A stretch of 64,000 bases of DNA from Octopus vulgaris (Eukaryota), in assembly GCA_951406725.2 (NCBI GenBank), contig OX597836.1, forward strand, positions 20,522,001 to 20,586,000. Reading direction: 5' to 3'. Under the pieces are notes generated by a model that saw only the letters and a program-made list of their open reading frames with translations, searched no databases and was not told the DNA's origin. Every line of letters begins with the position of its first letter. Position 1 is the stretch's first letter. The translations under genes and the position numbers were made by a program. Positions 25,722-38,596 of this stretch are shown one piece after another.

Positions 25722-25787
25722 ATTGTGTTAGTGCATGTGTGTGTAAAAATATATTCATAAAATATGAGAGAGAGAAAGTGAGAGAGA

Positions 25788-25850
<63 letters not shown>

Positions 25851-26133
25851 TGAGTGTAATTGCTTGCCAGAACAAAAGCTGCCAGCCCATTTCAATTCTT
25901 GTTATGATATCATTTCAAATGAGTTTGTGAAATGAAATTAGAGCAGCTAAAGTAATTTTGCAGACTCTGCAAGACGGCTTTCCTTCTGTTTAGGAGGCGG
26001 ATCCACTGTGCAGTTCGGTTCCACTGCAAAACGCTCTAAGATCAATTCTCAGCATCACCCCATCTCACTTTACACATCTAACCCAACCCTGAACAGCGAA
26101 CACAAACATTCTTGGAATAACTAGTGGACCAAA

Positions 26134-26164
<31 letters not shown>

Positions 26165-26344
26165 CAAATTGTTTCATAATGAATCAACAAGTATATGGAG
26201 ATGCTTGTATGAATACTTATAAACATGAGCAAGTTTTCCAAGAATTCCTTTACTGTTTCCAGCCCAAAGGCCATGGCGATGCTGATGCACCGCTATTATA
26301 TATTTATATACACACATATACATACATATCTTTTTCTTTTTCTT

Positions 26345-26731
26345 TTTTTACTTGTTTCAGTCATTTGACTGCGGCCATGCTGGAGCACCGCCTTTAGTCG
26401 AGCAAATCGACCCCGGGACTTATTCTTTGTAAGTCCAGTACTTATTCTATCCGTCACTTTTTGCCGAACCGCTAAGTGACGGGGACGTAAACACACCAGC
26501 ATCTGTTGTCAAGTAATGCTAGGGGGACAAACACAGACACACATACATATATATATATACATATATACGACAGGCTTCTTTCAGTTTCTGTCTACCAAAT
26601 CCACTCACAAGGCATTGGTCAGCCCAGGGCTATAGCAGAAGACACTTGCCCAAGATGCCACACAGTGGGACTGAACCCGGAACCATGTGTTTGGTTAGCG
26701 AGCTACTTACCACACAGCCACTCCTGTGCCT
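26345..26731 (-). mobile_element. SINE family A, full length
   Basis: Colinear with 3944-4346. Confidence 0.85.
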
Positions 26732-26748
26732 ATATATATATATATATA

Positions 26749-27456
26749 TTACGGAGATGTATTTGCATAGCGAGTGACTTGATCTGAGATAGTGTGCTGG
26801 AACGAAAACAATTGCAGCGTGGAAGGTGTTTATAAGCCATTTAAGAAACACACAAAAGCCGTTAGATTCACTTCAACATTTAAATTTAATTTGTCAAAAT
26901 ATTTTCGTCGCTTTGAGACAGCAACCTGTCCAGCACAAAGTTTTGTCAGTGAATAGGTCGCGGTCTCAAAGCGACGAAAATATTTCGACAAATTAAATTT
27001 AAATGTTGAAGTGAATCTAATGGTTTTTATGGCTTACTAGCAGCATAGCCCGGCGTTGCCCGGGTATGTAAGAGCCCCTAGTAGGCAAAGACTAATCCCA
27101 ATCTAGTTCTTTCCCTAGGCGCATGTGTAGGTTGCAATGTCTTCTCTTCACTCGAATACTTCTATGTATACGATGTTCCTAGCTGTCTCCTGACAGAAAA
27201 TGTGTTGCATATAAAAAGCTTAGATTCTCGACCCCATGTCGAATTTATCAATTTTTTTCAGAACTGGGGGAACTTTTCAAAATTTTCGCTGCGTTAGTTT
27301 TGAATTATGACATTGGGCTATGTGTGTGTCAAGTTTCATCAGAATCGGTTGAAAGCCGTGGTCAGGGTGAGGGTACAACCTGACAGCCACACAGACAGAC
27401 AAACTGCCATTTATATATAGAGAGAAGAGATAAACACCTTCCATGCTGCAATTGTT
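26749..27456. mobile_element. Palindromic (fold-back) element with ~130-bp arms in (TA)n; right arm interrupted by a Helitron
   Basis: 26807-26935 is the reverse complement of 26945-27036 + 27431-27456. The centre carries a hammerhead-like variant. Confidence 0.8.
27037..27430 (-). mobile_element. Non-autonomous Helitron (subfamily H2)
   Basis: CTAG plus CCCGGGCAACGCCGGG hairpin and 5' TC. It interrupts ATGGCTTA|TAAACACC exactly at A|T, as shown by the intact left arm. The interior differs from H1. Confidence 0.9.
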
Positions 27457-27805
27457 ATATATATATATATACACACACACACATACACACAAATATGTAA
27501 ATAAGAGGCAGGCATGGGCGTGATGTTAAAAATTTTGCTATCCAACCATACAGTTTGAGGTTCAATCCTACTGTGTGGATCCTTGGGTGAATGTCTTCTA
27601 TGTTTTCTCGTATGTCTGTTTGAGTCGAATGTTTCTGTATTATGGACTTAGTTTTTGTATCATCAATTAGATGAAGGTAACACATTCAAGCACCTTTATC
27701 CTGATATTGCTGGAGAACTGGGGTCAGTGTAATTGACTAGCTGTCTCCCCATAAATTTCAGGCCTTGTACCAAGAGTAGAAAGGTTTATTATTATTATTA
27801 TTATT

Positions 27806-28020
27806 ATTGAGTGAGAGAGCAGTGCATGCCATCAAAGCGACACTGGGGTAAAATATACGAAGCCCAGTATACCCATCATGACTACCTGTCTGATAAAGGT
27901 ACACCAGGCACATGCATCACAACCATATGTGCGTGACATGGTGATCTCATATCAAGATAAACAGCACATGACCTTGCAGGTGGAGCCCAGTTAGAATTTT
28001 CTTCAGGTTGAGTAGCCCAT
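27806..28020 (-). mobile_element. Family G retroposon 3' part embedded in (TAA)n; longer copy at 50815-51160 (+)
   Basis: Near-identical reverse complement of ~50945-51158; ends CTCTCTCACTCAATAATAAT; both copies are flanked by (AAT)n. Confidence 0.75.
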
Positions 28021-28718
28021 TATCATTATTATTATTATTATTATTATTGTTATTAAGAAAACAAGCAGACAGAATCATCCTTATCAGCATTTCATTTATC
28101 TTTATGTTCTGAGTGTAAATTCTGTCATGGTTAACTTCACCTTTCATCCTTCTGACGTCAATAAAATAAGTACCAGTTGAGCACTGGGGTCAATGAAATT
28201 GACTGGTTCCTCCTCTGTTTTTTTGTATGTAATTCCAAAATGCATCATCCTGTACTGTCCTTGAACTTCTTTCAATCCTTTCTGGTTGATGGTGCCATGC
28301 AGATATTTTAAGGGCACCTGTGTCGGTGGCACATAAAATCACCCACTACACTCTCGGAGTGGTTGGCGTTAGGAAGGGCATCCAGCTGTAGAAACACTGC
28401 CAGATCTGACTGGCCTGGTGCAGCCTTCGGGCTCCCCAGACCCCAGTTGAACCGTCCAACCCATGCTAGCATGGAAAACGGACGCTAAATGATGATGATG
28501 ATGATGATGATGCAGTGGATTGGCAGAACTGATAGAGTGTCAGATGAAATGCCCTGTCTCGTTGTCCTGAGATCAAATCCAGCAGAGGTCAATTTTACCT
28601 TTAATCCTTTCAAGGTTGATAAAATAAAATACCAGTTAAGTACTGGGGTTGATGTAACTGACTTCTTGCCTCTCCTCAAAATTTCTGGCTGCGTGCCAAA
28701 ATTAGCAAGAATTTGCAT

Positions 28719-28873
28719 AAAGAAGTGCTAATCACTTAATGTGGATGGAAGTTGTGGAAGGGAGGTACCCAAGAAGACATGGGACAAAGTACTGAAGATT
28801 GACCTCAAAACGCTGAGCTTTATGAAGGAGATGACAAAAGACTGAAGTATATGGTACATTGTTGTATCCAAGA
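28719..28873 (+). mobile_element. Decayed RTE-clade LINE ORF C-terminus, split by a Helitron
   Basis: Translates KKC*SLNVDGSCGREVPKKTWDKVLKIDLKTLSFMKEMTKD*SIWYIVVSK, matching the V.G...RGRPKKTW...V..DL...DR..W pattern. Confidence 0.7.
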
Positions 28874-29175
28874 CTAGCAGTATCGCCCGGTGTTGCTCGG
28901 GTTTGTAAGGGAAATAACTATATAAGCATTTTTAGAGAGTTACTTCCCTTATATAATAGCAAAAAAATGCATTAAAAATGGGAAAAAATGATGGTAAATT
29001 TTTTTTAAATCGTAGACTCATTGTAGACGTGCGCTAATACCCAGAAGGGCTCGATATGAATCACGACTATAAGATACCCGCTTTTGGTTAAACTGCACCG
29101 CAAAATGTGGGAGTAGTTAGGAATCTAAATCGTAGGACACAGACACTCACACAACTTCTCTTTTATATATAAAGA
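28874..29175 (-). mobile_element. Non-autonomous Helitron (H1), minimal 302-bp form
   Basis: A|TCTTTATATATAAAA 5' end, hairpin + CTAG|T 3' end, no TSD. Confidence 0.9.
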
Positions 29176-29631
29176 TGACCGGCCCATCACAATAGATCAG
29201 AATTGATATACTAAAACCACCTTGGTGATGCTCGCTTATGAAGGGCACTGGTGCTGGTGACATGTCAAAAGCACTGATGCTGCCACATAAAATGCACCCA
29301 GTACACACTGTGAAGTGGTTGGCATTAGAAAAGGCATCCAGCTAGAGAAACCAAGCCAGAACAGACCACAGAACCTGGCCTTGTCAGCTCCTGTCAAACT
29401 ATCCAACCCATGCCAGAATGGAAAACATACACTAAATAATGATGATGATCATGGTGACTTTCATTGCACTGTAGTGCACAGCTCTGTGTGCACTGGATAA
29501 GTGCAGTGTTTTGTTTGGGATGTATTATTTTTACTGTGTTGACAGTGCTCTATACTATACATGTGCAGTGTTTAGCAGCTGTTTATACATATTTCTAGGT
29601 TTGGGTTAGGAATTCGTCTACATGCTTATGC

Positions 29632-29667
<36 letters not shown>

Positions 29668-29819
29668 ATACCAGCATCAAACAGGCTATAAATCTTAAGT
29701 TTCAGATTTTAACTGGATCCGATTCAATTTCTCTTACATCGCTCACATTCTTGAGAACAGCGTGTGTCACAGTTTCTCATTCTTCACTTTTTGAACAAGA
29801 AAATATAGCTCACATTACA

Positions 29820-30079
29820 TAAAAATTAAAGCAACCATTTATAAACACACACATACACATACATACAGACATATGTAATACTGTATATATTGGATAAGCT
29901 AAAACTGGCAAAACTTTGAAATTACCGTCAATAAAATCATAATATATATAAAAACCTACACAAGTATTGAGTGCATTAAATAAATATGTTCTTTTTATGT
30001 ATTTAAAAACATTCATGCCAGACATTATATACATAAGTGCGCATGTATATATGCATATGAATATTTATGTGTGTATGTA

Positions 30080-30116
<37 letters not shown>

Positions 30117-30119
30117 GCA

Positions 30120-30161
<42 letters not shown>

Positions 30162-30352
30162 CACATGTGTGTGTGTTTGTGTATATATATATGTAGTGTT
30201 GCACATATTGGATAAACCATCACTGGCAAAACTTCAAAGTTACTGACAATAAAATTATAATATATATATACAAATCTCTACATGTATTGAATGCATTATT
30301 CAGTAAATATATGTCGTTTTTATGCATTTAAAAGCATTCATGTTAGACATTA
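29820..30352. repeat. Old local tandem duplication (~320-bp period)
   Basis: ATATTGGATAA..ACTGGCAAAACTT..CAATAAAAT..GTATTGA.TGCATT..CATTCATG..AGACATTATA recurs at ~29888 and ~30205. Confidence 0.7.
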
Positions 30353-30354
30353 TA

Positions 30355-30750
30355 CGCATAAGGAGTGGCTGTGTGCTAAGAAGCTTGCTTCCCAACCACA
30401 TAGTTCCAGGTTCAGTCCCACTGCATGGCACCTTAGGCAAGTCTTCTGCTATAGCCTTGGGCCGACCAAAGCTTTGTGAGTGGATTTAGCAGACAGAAAC
30501 TGAAAGAAGCCCGTCATATATATATCTATATGTGTGTGTATGTGTGTGTTTGTCTGTCTTTGTCCCCCCACCATTGCTTGATAACTGATGTTGGTATGTT
30601 TACGTCCTCGTAACTTAGCTGTTCAGCAAAAAAGACCGATAGAAGAAGTACTAGACTTATAAAGAATAAGTCTTGAGGTTGATCAGTTTTGCTAAAGGCA
30701 GTGCTCCAGTATGGCTGCAGTCAAATGACTGAAACAAGTAGAAGAATAAA
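30355..30750 (+). mobile_element. SINE family A
   Basis: Head, core, microsatellite and tail all present. Confidence 0.8.
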
Positions 30751-32272
30751 AGAATATATATCTTTATATGTGTGTGTGTGTGTGTGTATGGTGTATACGT
30801 GAATATGTGTGCAAACAGGGATTTGAATCCAGAGATGTGAGTGATAGAACAAATATCTACAAAATATTCAATCCAGCTCTTTAAGAACACTCTCAATTTG
30901 CTGTCTCAGGGGAAAGAAATTTTCCTATTAAATTATTGGATAAGCTTTTCTTTCTCAGAGAAAAGGACATTCCTGAAGCATCATGTTTCTCTGGTCCAAA
31001 GATGTAGACATTGTTCCAAACTTTTTGACAGTTTAAGTTCTGGCTGATATAGTTTTGTTTATATAAGGTATAAAATATGAAAGTTTTTTTCGAAGTTCAT
31101 CAAACAAAACCAATGGATTCTAGGATCATATATCATTTATTTTTTGCTTTAGTTATTAGACTGTGACCATACTGGGGCATCATCTTGAAATGTTTAATTA
31201 AACAAATTACCCTAATACTTAGTTTTCTTTCTAAGTTTATTTTATTGGTCTTTTTTTTTTTTTTTGCTGAACCACTAAACTACTGTCAAGCAGTAGTGAA
31301 GGACAAACACAAAGAGACATACATACATATATGTACAGTAGGCTTCTTTAAGTTTCCATTTACCAAATCCACTCAGAAGTCTTTAGTCAGCCGAGGCTGT
31401 AGTAGAAGACACTTTCCCAAGGTGCCATGTGTTAGGACTGAACTCAAGACCACATGGTTTGGAAGCAAAGCCTACTTAGTGAATCAATGTGTTAATGTAA
31501 CCTAGTCGTCTACAGACCCATGGTCCCTTAACATAAATCTTTCTCTCAACATTTTGTTGTTGACATCCAAGTTAGTCTCTTGCATTTAAAAGCATTCCAG
31601 CTGTGACCATATTACCAAGCATACTGCACAGTGAGCCAAATTATTTAATCTGTCCTTCATTTTCCGTAAGATGGCAAGCTGTGAGGTGAGAGAGAGAGAC
31701 TTGGCTGCGTTTTTAACAAGTTGTGTGACTACAGAGATGTTCCCCTGTCTCTTTGGTGTTTTTATTCAAAGGAAGTGAAATGCAATGATTAGGGGAAGTA
31801 CTCACTTTGTATCAAAGGAGTAAAAGTAATGATCAAGGAAGAGACTCCTATTCCATGTCATCAGATTGGTAGAACATATATTATTAAACATGTTAGTGTC
31901 AACGGATTTATTACTGGAAAGGAAATGGTCAGGATATTGTTAAAGAAGACAGCAGCATTTTCAGAATAAGGTGGTGGTGGTGGTAGTGGTAGTAGTAGTA
32001 GTAGAAGCAGCAAGCAGCCTATAGTTGGAAACTCTTTCCTGATGCTGTTTCTGTTGGAGATGGCAGGATTTGATGGTGCTGGCAGAGGTGGAGGGATCGA
32101 TGTAGTGGTGGTAATGATCACAACATTTACAGTGCCCTCCCCCCGCCACTCACGCTGGCAACAATAACAACAGCAGGAGGAGGAGGAGGAGTAAGAACAA
32201 GCAAAACAAGCCAACAGTGTAACAGCTGGTGGATTATTTCTGAAGATAGAGAAACTAGGTATATATCTGTCA

Positions 32273-32334
<62 letters not shown>

Positions 32335-32336
32335 CA

Positions 32337-32483
32337 CTTTATTTAAAGCAGCAGAAAATTCAACAAAACTCAGAGTAACAGGTTTTGTTGAATTTTCTGC
32401 TGCTTTAAATAAAGCATATTACTCTACCACTGGTATTTGAGTACTCTTTTTTCCACCTTGTTTCACATTTATGTGTTTAGTCC

Positions 32484-32488
<5 letters not shown>
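32337..32488. mobile_element. Fold-back element remnant in (TA)n: perfect 33-bp inverted repeat with a 12-nt spacer; related arm at ~47265-47345
   Basis: 32337-32369 vs 32382-32414; 47265-47345 is the reverse complement of ~32406-32487. Confidence 0.8.
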
Positions 32489-32522
<34 letters not shown>

Positions 32523-33695
32523 GTGTGTGTGTGTGTGTGTAAGATGTGTGTGTTTAGTAAGAAGTTTGTTTTCCAAGAAATAGGTTTCTGGGTTCAGTCC
32601 CACTGCATGGCACTAATGTCTTGTGAGTCAAGTTGGTAGACAGAACTGTATTAAAACCATCATTTGTGTGTGTGTGTGTGTGTGTGCATGCATGCTATGC
32701 ATGTACCCTTGTTTTGACATCATGTGATGGTTGTAAAACAAGCATCACTGTCATACAAGTGATGTTGTTCCTTTCCAGAGATGTTAGGCCATAGAAAATA
32801 TTGCTTCGCTTGTAAACAAGTGAGGTTTCGGGACAGGAAGGGCATCTGGCCATAGAAAATCTATCTCAACAAATTCCATCTGACTCATGCAAGCATAGAA
32901 AAATGGATGTTAAATGATGATATTTAACATCCATTTTTCCCATGCTAGCATAAGTTAGATTTGGAGTTCAGACAGTATTTTATAACCTTTTCAGACTAGG
33001 GATTTTTATATTCCACAGGTTTCCAAAAGCAGAATGGGTCAAGAAATACCAACATCAGTACAGCTTACATAAGGACAACATGCATGCACATTGGCATCAC
33101 CTCTCTCTCTCACACACACACACATGCACACAAACACATGCACCCACAAACACATAAATTATGGGTTTAATACAGTTCCATCTACCAACTAGATGCACAA
33201 GGCATTGGTTAAACAGAGGCAACAGTAGAAGACACTTGCACAAGGTACTGCACAGAGGGACTGAACCTGAAACGACATGGTTGTATAGCAAACTTCTTAT
33301 CCACACAGCCATACTTCTGTAATTATATCTATTTACATATATAAATATACATAAATAACACACATACACACACACACATATATATATACATACACACACA
33401 CATATATATATACATACACACACACACATATATATACATACACACATATATATACATACACACACACACACATATATATACACACACACACACATACATA
33501 TATATACATACACACACACATATATATATATATACATACACACACACATATATATATATATATACATACACACACACATACATATATATACATACACACA
33601 CACATACATATATACATACACACACACATACATATATATACATACACACACACATATATATATATACATACACACACACATACATATATATACAT

Positions 33696-33780
<85 letters not shown>

Positions 33781-34335
33781 TTAAGGTATTTGGCACCAGG
33801 AAAAGGTATTTAGCTGCAAGAAGCTCTTTTTGGATTCAATTTAAATCTCTTGTCTGCCACACTGCTATGCAAAAGGAGACGGGGGTGGGAAACATTGCCC
33901 TGTGTATTATGCAATCTGGACTGATTTGTTTAGCATAGTCCAATACCGAGGATGAATTTGGAATGGTGCCAAACATTTCCATGCCTGCCTACCGAAACTA
34001 ATGCCAACTTTAACAAGTGATGACATACATATGTATGAAGGCACACACACATACACAAACTGATATAAACTCACTGTAACACTCACACATGCATAAACAA
34101 ACATTTCAGGGATTTTTATATTTTAAACAGAAAAAAAAATAATAAGACGTATCTGGAATAAATAGTAAAGGTTAATGCCGTGTACTTCTTGGTTTATAAT
34201 CTCATATTTACTATTTGTTGTATATTTAATAATTTCAAATTTCCTATAAAATATGAAATTATGATTTTTTTTTTATTCGTATATTTCCTAACATATAACA
34301 TTTTACATTTCATTTACACACATTGTCATTTTTAA

Positions 34336-34556
34336 CCCTTTCGTTACCAACCCGGCTGAAACCGGCTCTGGCTCTGTAGAACAAATGACTTGTTTTCATA
34401 AATTTTGAATTAAAATCTTCCAGCAAACCTTAGTCACAATTTATGTTCCCATCATTAGCTTAATGATAATGAAGTTATTTTACTAAATTCTTTGTTACAT
34501 CTAAAATAATTGAAAGAAACAAAGAACATCTCAAAATAAATACGGTAACGAAAGGG
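34336..34556. mobile_element. piggyBac-type MITE (TTAA TSD, terminal repeat CCCTTTCGTTACC)
   Basis: TTAA|CCCTTTCGTTACC ... GGTAACGAAAGGG|TTAA; second copy in opposite orientation at 43008-43230. Confidence 0.9.
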
Positions 34557-35377
34557 TTAATATTTCATGGAATGAACAGGGATGATGTAGTTGCTGTTGG
34601 CATCAGGTCATCTCTGATCATACACTCATGTGGTAATGAGAGACATTCCAAGCATGACCACCCACCCTATCGTTTCAGAAATGTCTAAGATTACATTATT
34701 TAATATGACGTTTCTTTTTATTTAATAGATATGATGCGATTCAAATGTGATTTGGTAGCTTTTTGGCAGGTCTGACACGAATGGAGTTTTAGCGATTATG
34801 TTTGAAATGAACAAAATCATCGACATGCTAACAGGTTGATTTCAATTTCTAAATATGGGTTTGCCTCTCACACATGTTTTTAATCATTTCAAGAAAGCCT
34901 TGATGATTAAAATAAAAACCTCTCCCATGTACATCTCATATGAGATTGTGATGCCTCATGCTTATTACATAAGAGGTCATGTTACCTCCTTCATCTAAGT
35001 AGGTTAAAGTGAATGAGGGGAGAAAGTGTTGGCCTCCTCTTTGATGCAACGCTACAGTGGCCACAGTATTATATTTGTGTATCCTCTTAACCTCAATTTC
35101 CAAGCAGAAAAATAGGCAACTTAAATGAAAAAAAAAAAAAAAAAAAAAAAATTTTATTGCAGGGGTTAACAAAGTAACCAAGAACTGACAAAGGTTTGGT
35201 GTATTTCTGTCAATTTTATGCCAATGAGCATTCTGTTCCTCAATCAACTGGACTATTCGACTATCTGTCCATTAACTTAGTAAGTAAGTGGCTGAGTATT
35301 TCTCAGACATTTGTACTGTTAATGTAATCCTCAAGCAAAATCATTGTGACGTAGCAGTGTGTGACAAAGGACATTTT

Positions 35378-35612
35378 ATTTATTTCTTTACTATCCACAA
35401 GGGGCTAAACACAGAGGGGACAAACAAGGACAGACAAATGGATTAAGTCGATTATATTGACCCCAGTGTGTAACTGGTACTTAATTTATCGACCTCGAAA
35501 GGATGAAAGGCAAAGTCGACCTCGGTAGAATTTGAACTCAGAACGTAACGGCAGACAAAATATGGCTACGCATTTCGCCCAGGCGTGCTAATGTTTCTGC
35601 CAGCTCACCGCT
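35378..35612 (-). mobile_element. Full-length SINE family B
   Basis: Colinear with 17928-18154. Confidence 0.85.
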
Positions 35613-36374
35613 TTATTTTGTTTTTAATATTACAAGTATAATCCATCCAATGTTCTTACAAATAGTTTAGTTTCCCTCTATCCAGTTTTACTTTTGAGGA
35701 TTGGATCAATCTGAATCTCAGATACATAAAAAAAAAAAACTTCCCCTAAGATGCCATGCAGCAAGATTGAATTCAAGACCTTGTGTTTATGAAACAAACC
35801 CTTTTATAGAACCCAAGTAAAACTTACACAGATGACAATTTTGTCAAAGCAATTAAATAGTTACAAGAATGGCTATGTAACAGTTAAGAATTTGGTTTTG
35901 CAAGTAGGTGAGTTCAAATTTCACCAAGGTCAATTTTGCCTTGATGAAGGACCAAGATACCTGATGCCTTGCTATACTCAAGAAAACCTGTCCTCTATAG
36001 CAGAAGTGTTAAGGCCATATCCCCTGGTGAAGAGGATTGGTGTGCAAGAGTCCTGTTCTGGTGCCATGCAAAAAACTCTTGTGCCGGTGCCATGTTAAAA
36101 GCACCTGGCACACACTGTAAAGTGGTTGGCATTAGGAAGGACATCCAGTTATAGAAATCAAGCCGAGACTGGAATCAGGTGCAGCTCTTTGGTTTGCCAT
36201 CTCCAGTCAAACCATCAACCCATGCCAGCATAGAAAATGAATGTATGATGATGATGATGATGTTGATGATCTTTTTGAGGTTGATAAAATAAAGTACTAG
36301 TTAAGTACTGAAGTCGGAAGTATTGACTGAAACCCTTTCCCAAAATTTCAAGCCCTGTGACTTATTATTGTTGC

Positions 36375-36722
36375 TGCTGCTGTTGCTGTTGAGTGAACGG
36401 TATTTGTCCCAGAGCTTGCAAGATGGGAGAAGTCCGAAATGTGGTCCTTTGCTATTCATAAGACCCGCAGAAGAGAAAGCAGGTCAATCCCCAATACCGA
36501 GAGCATCGATGGATGGATGAATGCGCATCCAGGCTCAGTGGTTGCGTAGGAAGTCGGGGATAAGAAACAGGAAGAAAGAGTGAGAGAAAGTTGGGGTGAA
36601 AGAGTACAACAGGGGTCACCACCACCCCCTGCTAGAGCCTCATGGAGCTTTAGGTGTTTTCGCTCAATAAACACACACAGCACCCGGTCTGGGAATCGAA
36701 ACCGCGATCCTCCGACCGCGAG
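36375..36722 (-). mobile_element. SINE family D variant with an alternative 3' half
   Basis: Matches ~9222-9380 up to TTCCTGTTTC, then ~180 nt of unrelated sequence ending in (CAG/CAA)n. Confidence 0.75.
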
Positions 36723-37290
36723 TTGTTGCTGCTGCTGATAATGGTGAGGAATAAGTTTAGAAGTTAATATTAAAATCAATAAAATCCAACTAAGACAATA
36801 GAGTTGTGTCACTGAACCATTTTCCTTCCAAGAAAAGAAAGGACAGCTGCTACCATTGGTTTAGATGGAAGGAAGATATAGAATAAAATAGCATAAATCA
36901 AAAATAAAGTGAAAATAGAAAAATTAAAATAAAAAATTGAAGCAATTAGATTAAAATAAAATAAAATATATTAAAACAATGAAATTACAAAAATATTTTT
37001 TTTTCTTTGCTTTTTTTTGGTTGATTCACAAAAACAACAAAATAGCTTATCAAAGATACTGTGATGGACAGCAGGTGAAATATTTCGTGTGCATTTGAAA
37101 TACTGCCATTATCATCATTATCATGTGAATTAGGTACAAGCATGGCCATGCGGGTAAGAAGTTTGCTTCTCAACCATGTGGTTTCAAGTTCAGGCCCACT
37201 GTTTGGAACCTCAGGCAAGTGTCTTTGGCTACAGCCTCCAGATAACCAAAGCCTTGCGAATGGATCTGCTAGATGGAAACTGAAAAATCC

Positions 37291-37328
<38 letters not shown>

Positions 37329-38596
37329 TGTGATCATGTGACTGATCAGACAATCAGCTGTTGTTACACATTGCTGGTCACAATGCACTTTGCATAGAGT
37401 ACAACAGCCTCGCCACTAAGCCACACACAAGGCCAGTAATTTTGGGGGAGGGTGTAAGTTGATGCTAACATTGATCCTAGTACTCAACTGGTACTTATTT
37501 TACTGAGCATGAAAGGATGACATGCCAAGTCAACCCCAGCGGAATATGAACTCAGAACATAAAGATAGACAAAATGCTGCCAAGCATTTTGCCTGACATG
37601 CCAACAATTCTGGCAGCTCACCATTTTTTTAAACTTAGTATATTACAAACTCATTAAACGACATTATTTTGTTTTGGAAAATGCTGTTTTTGTTCTTGTC
37701 AATCAGTTCTGTTTTAACAACCCATTCCTCTAATTGTTTTTGTTGTTTGGATTCCAAAGGCATTCCAGCAATGATGAGCAACCAATTTTGAGATGTGGGT
37801 TGCATGAGACATGGTTCACCATCAGGCAGGCTACATCACTAAAAACAAAATTTTATGGTTATGCTATTCAGAATGTGTTATTCAGAATGTCCCATGGGCT
37901 GCAGTTTGCTTACAACTGATCTATGATCATCATCTTGTCTTTTTAAGGGGTGGAGGACTACATTATTTAATGTCCCTCAAGCAGCGAGATGTGATTTGAT
38001 GAAGATTTAGCTACCATTTGTAGCATGTCAAGTAACCACATATGAGTATCTTCTACTCTGTCCATCCAATATATTTATATGACAAAAGGTAGGGTAAGAT
38101 TTGAGGGATATTTGGCTACCATCTTTAGCAGGTTGATCAACCACATAGACACATTTCTTTTGCTCATCTAATGTATTTATATATGACAAAAGTTAAGAGT
38201 TGAGGAATATTTGGCTATCATTTTTAGTAGGTCGGGCAACCACATAGAAGCAACTCTTTTGCTCATCCAATCTATTTACATTAGACAGAAGGTAAGAGGT
38301 GAGGGATATTTGGCTACCATTTTTAGCAAGACAAGCAACCACATAAGAGCACTCATTCTGAGCTCTCTGGTTGATAACAGGAGATATAATGAAGGTCTCA
38401 ATTGCTGCAATCCAAGCCTTTATGACTGGTTATGCAGACTGAATTTAAAAATCAATAAAACAAATATGACTGTTGTACTTTGAATGTAACATTATTACTG
38501 ACTGTAATAAGAGGCTGAAAGGCTGTTTGAAGATTTGGCTATTACATCTAGCAGGTCAAAGTGACACAAGGTGGCTTGTTAATTGACCTCATTTAA

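Noticed and set aside
29738-29780. MRNCDTRCSQECER T|GTAAGA candidate exon
   Set aside because: Phase 1, but T + AA of the next exon creates a TAA stop.
31806-31861. ATG..AAA|GTGAGT candidate exon on the minus strand
   Set aside because: The ATG frame ends in phase 2 and the phase-1 frame has a stop and no ATG, so it cannot join exon 3426 in frame. A non-coding exon cannot be excluded.
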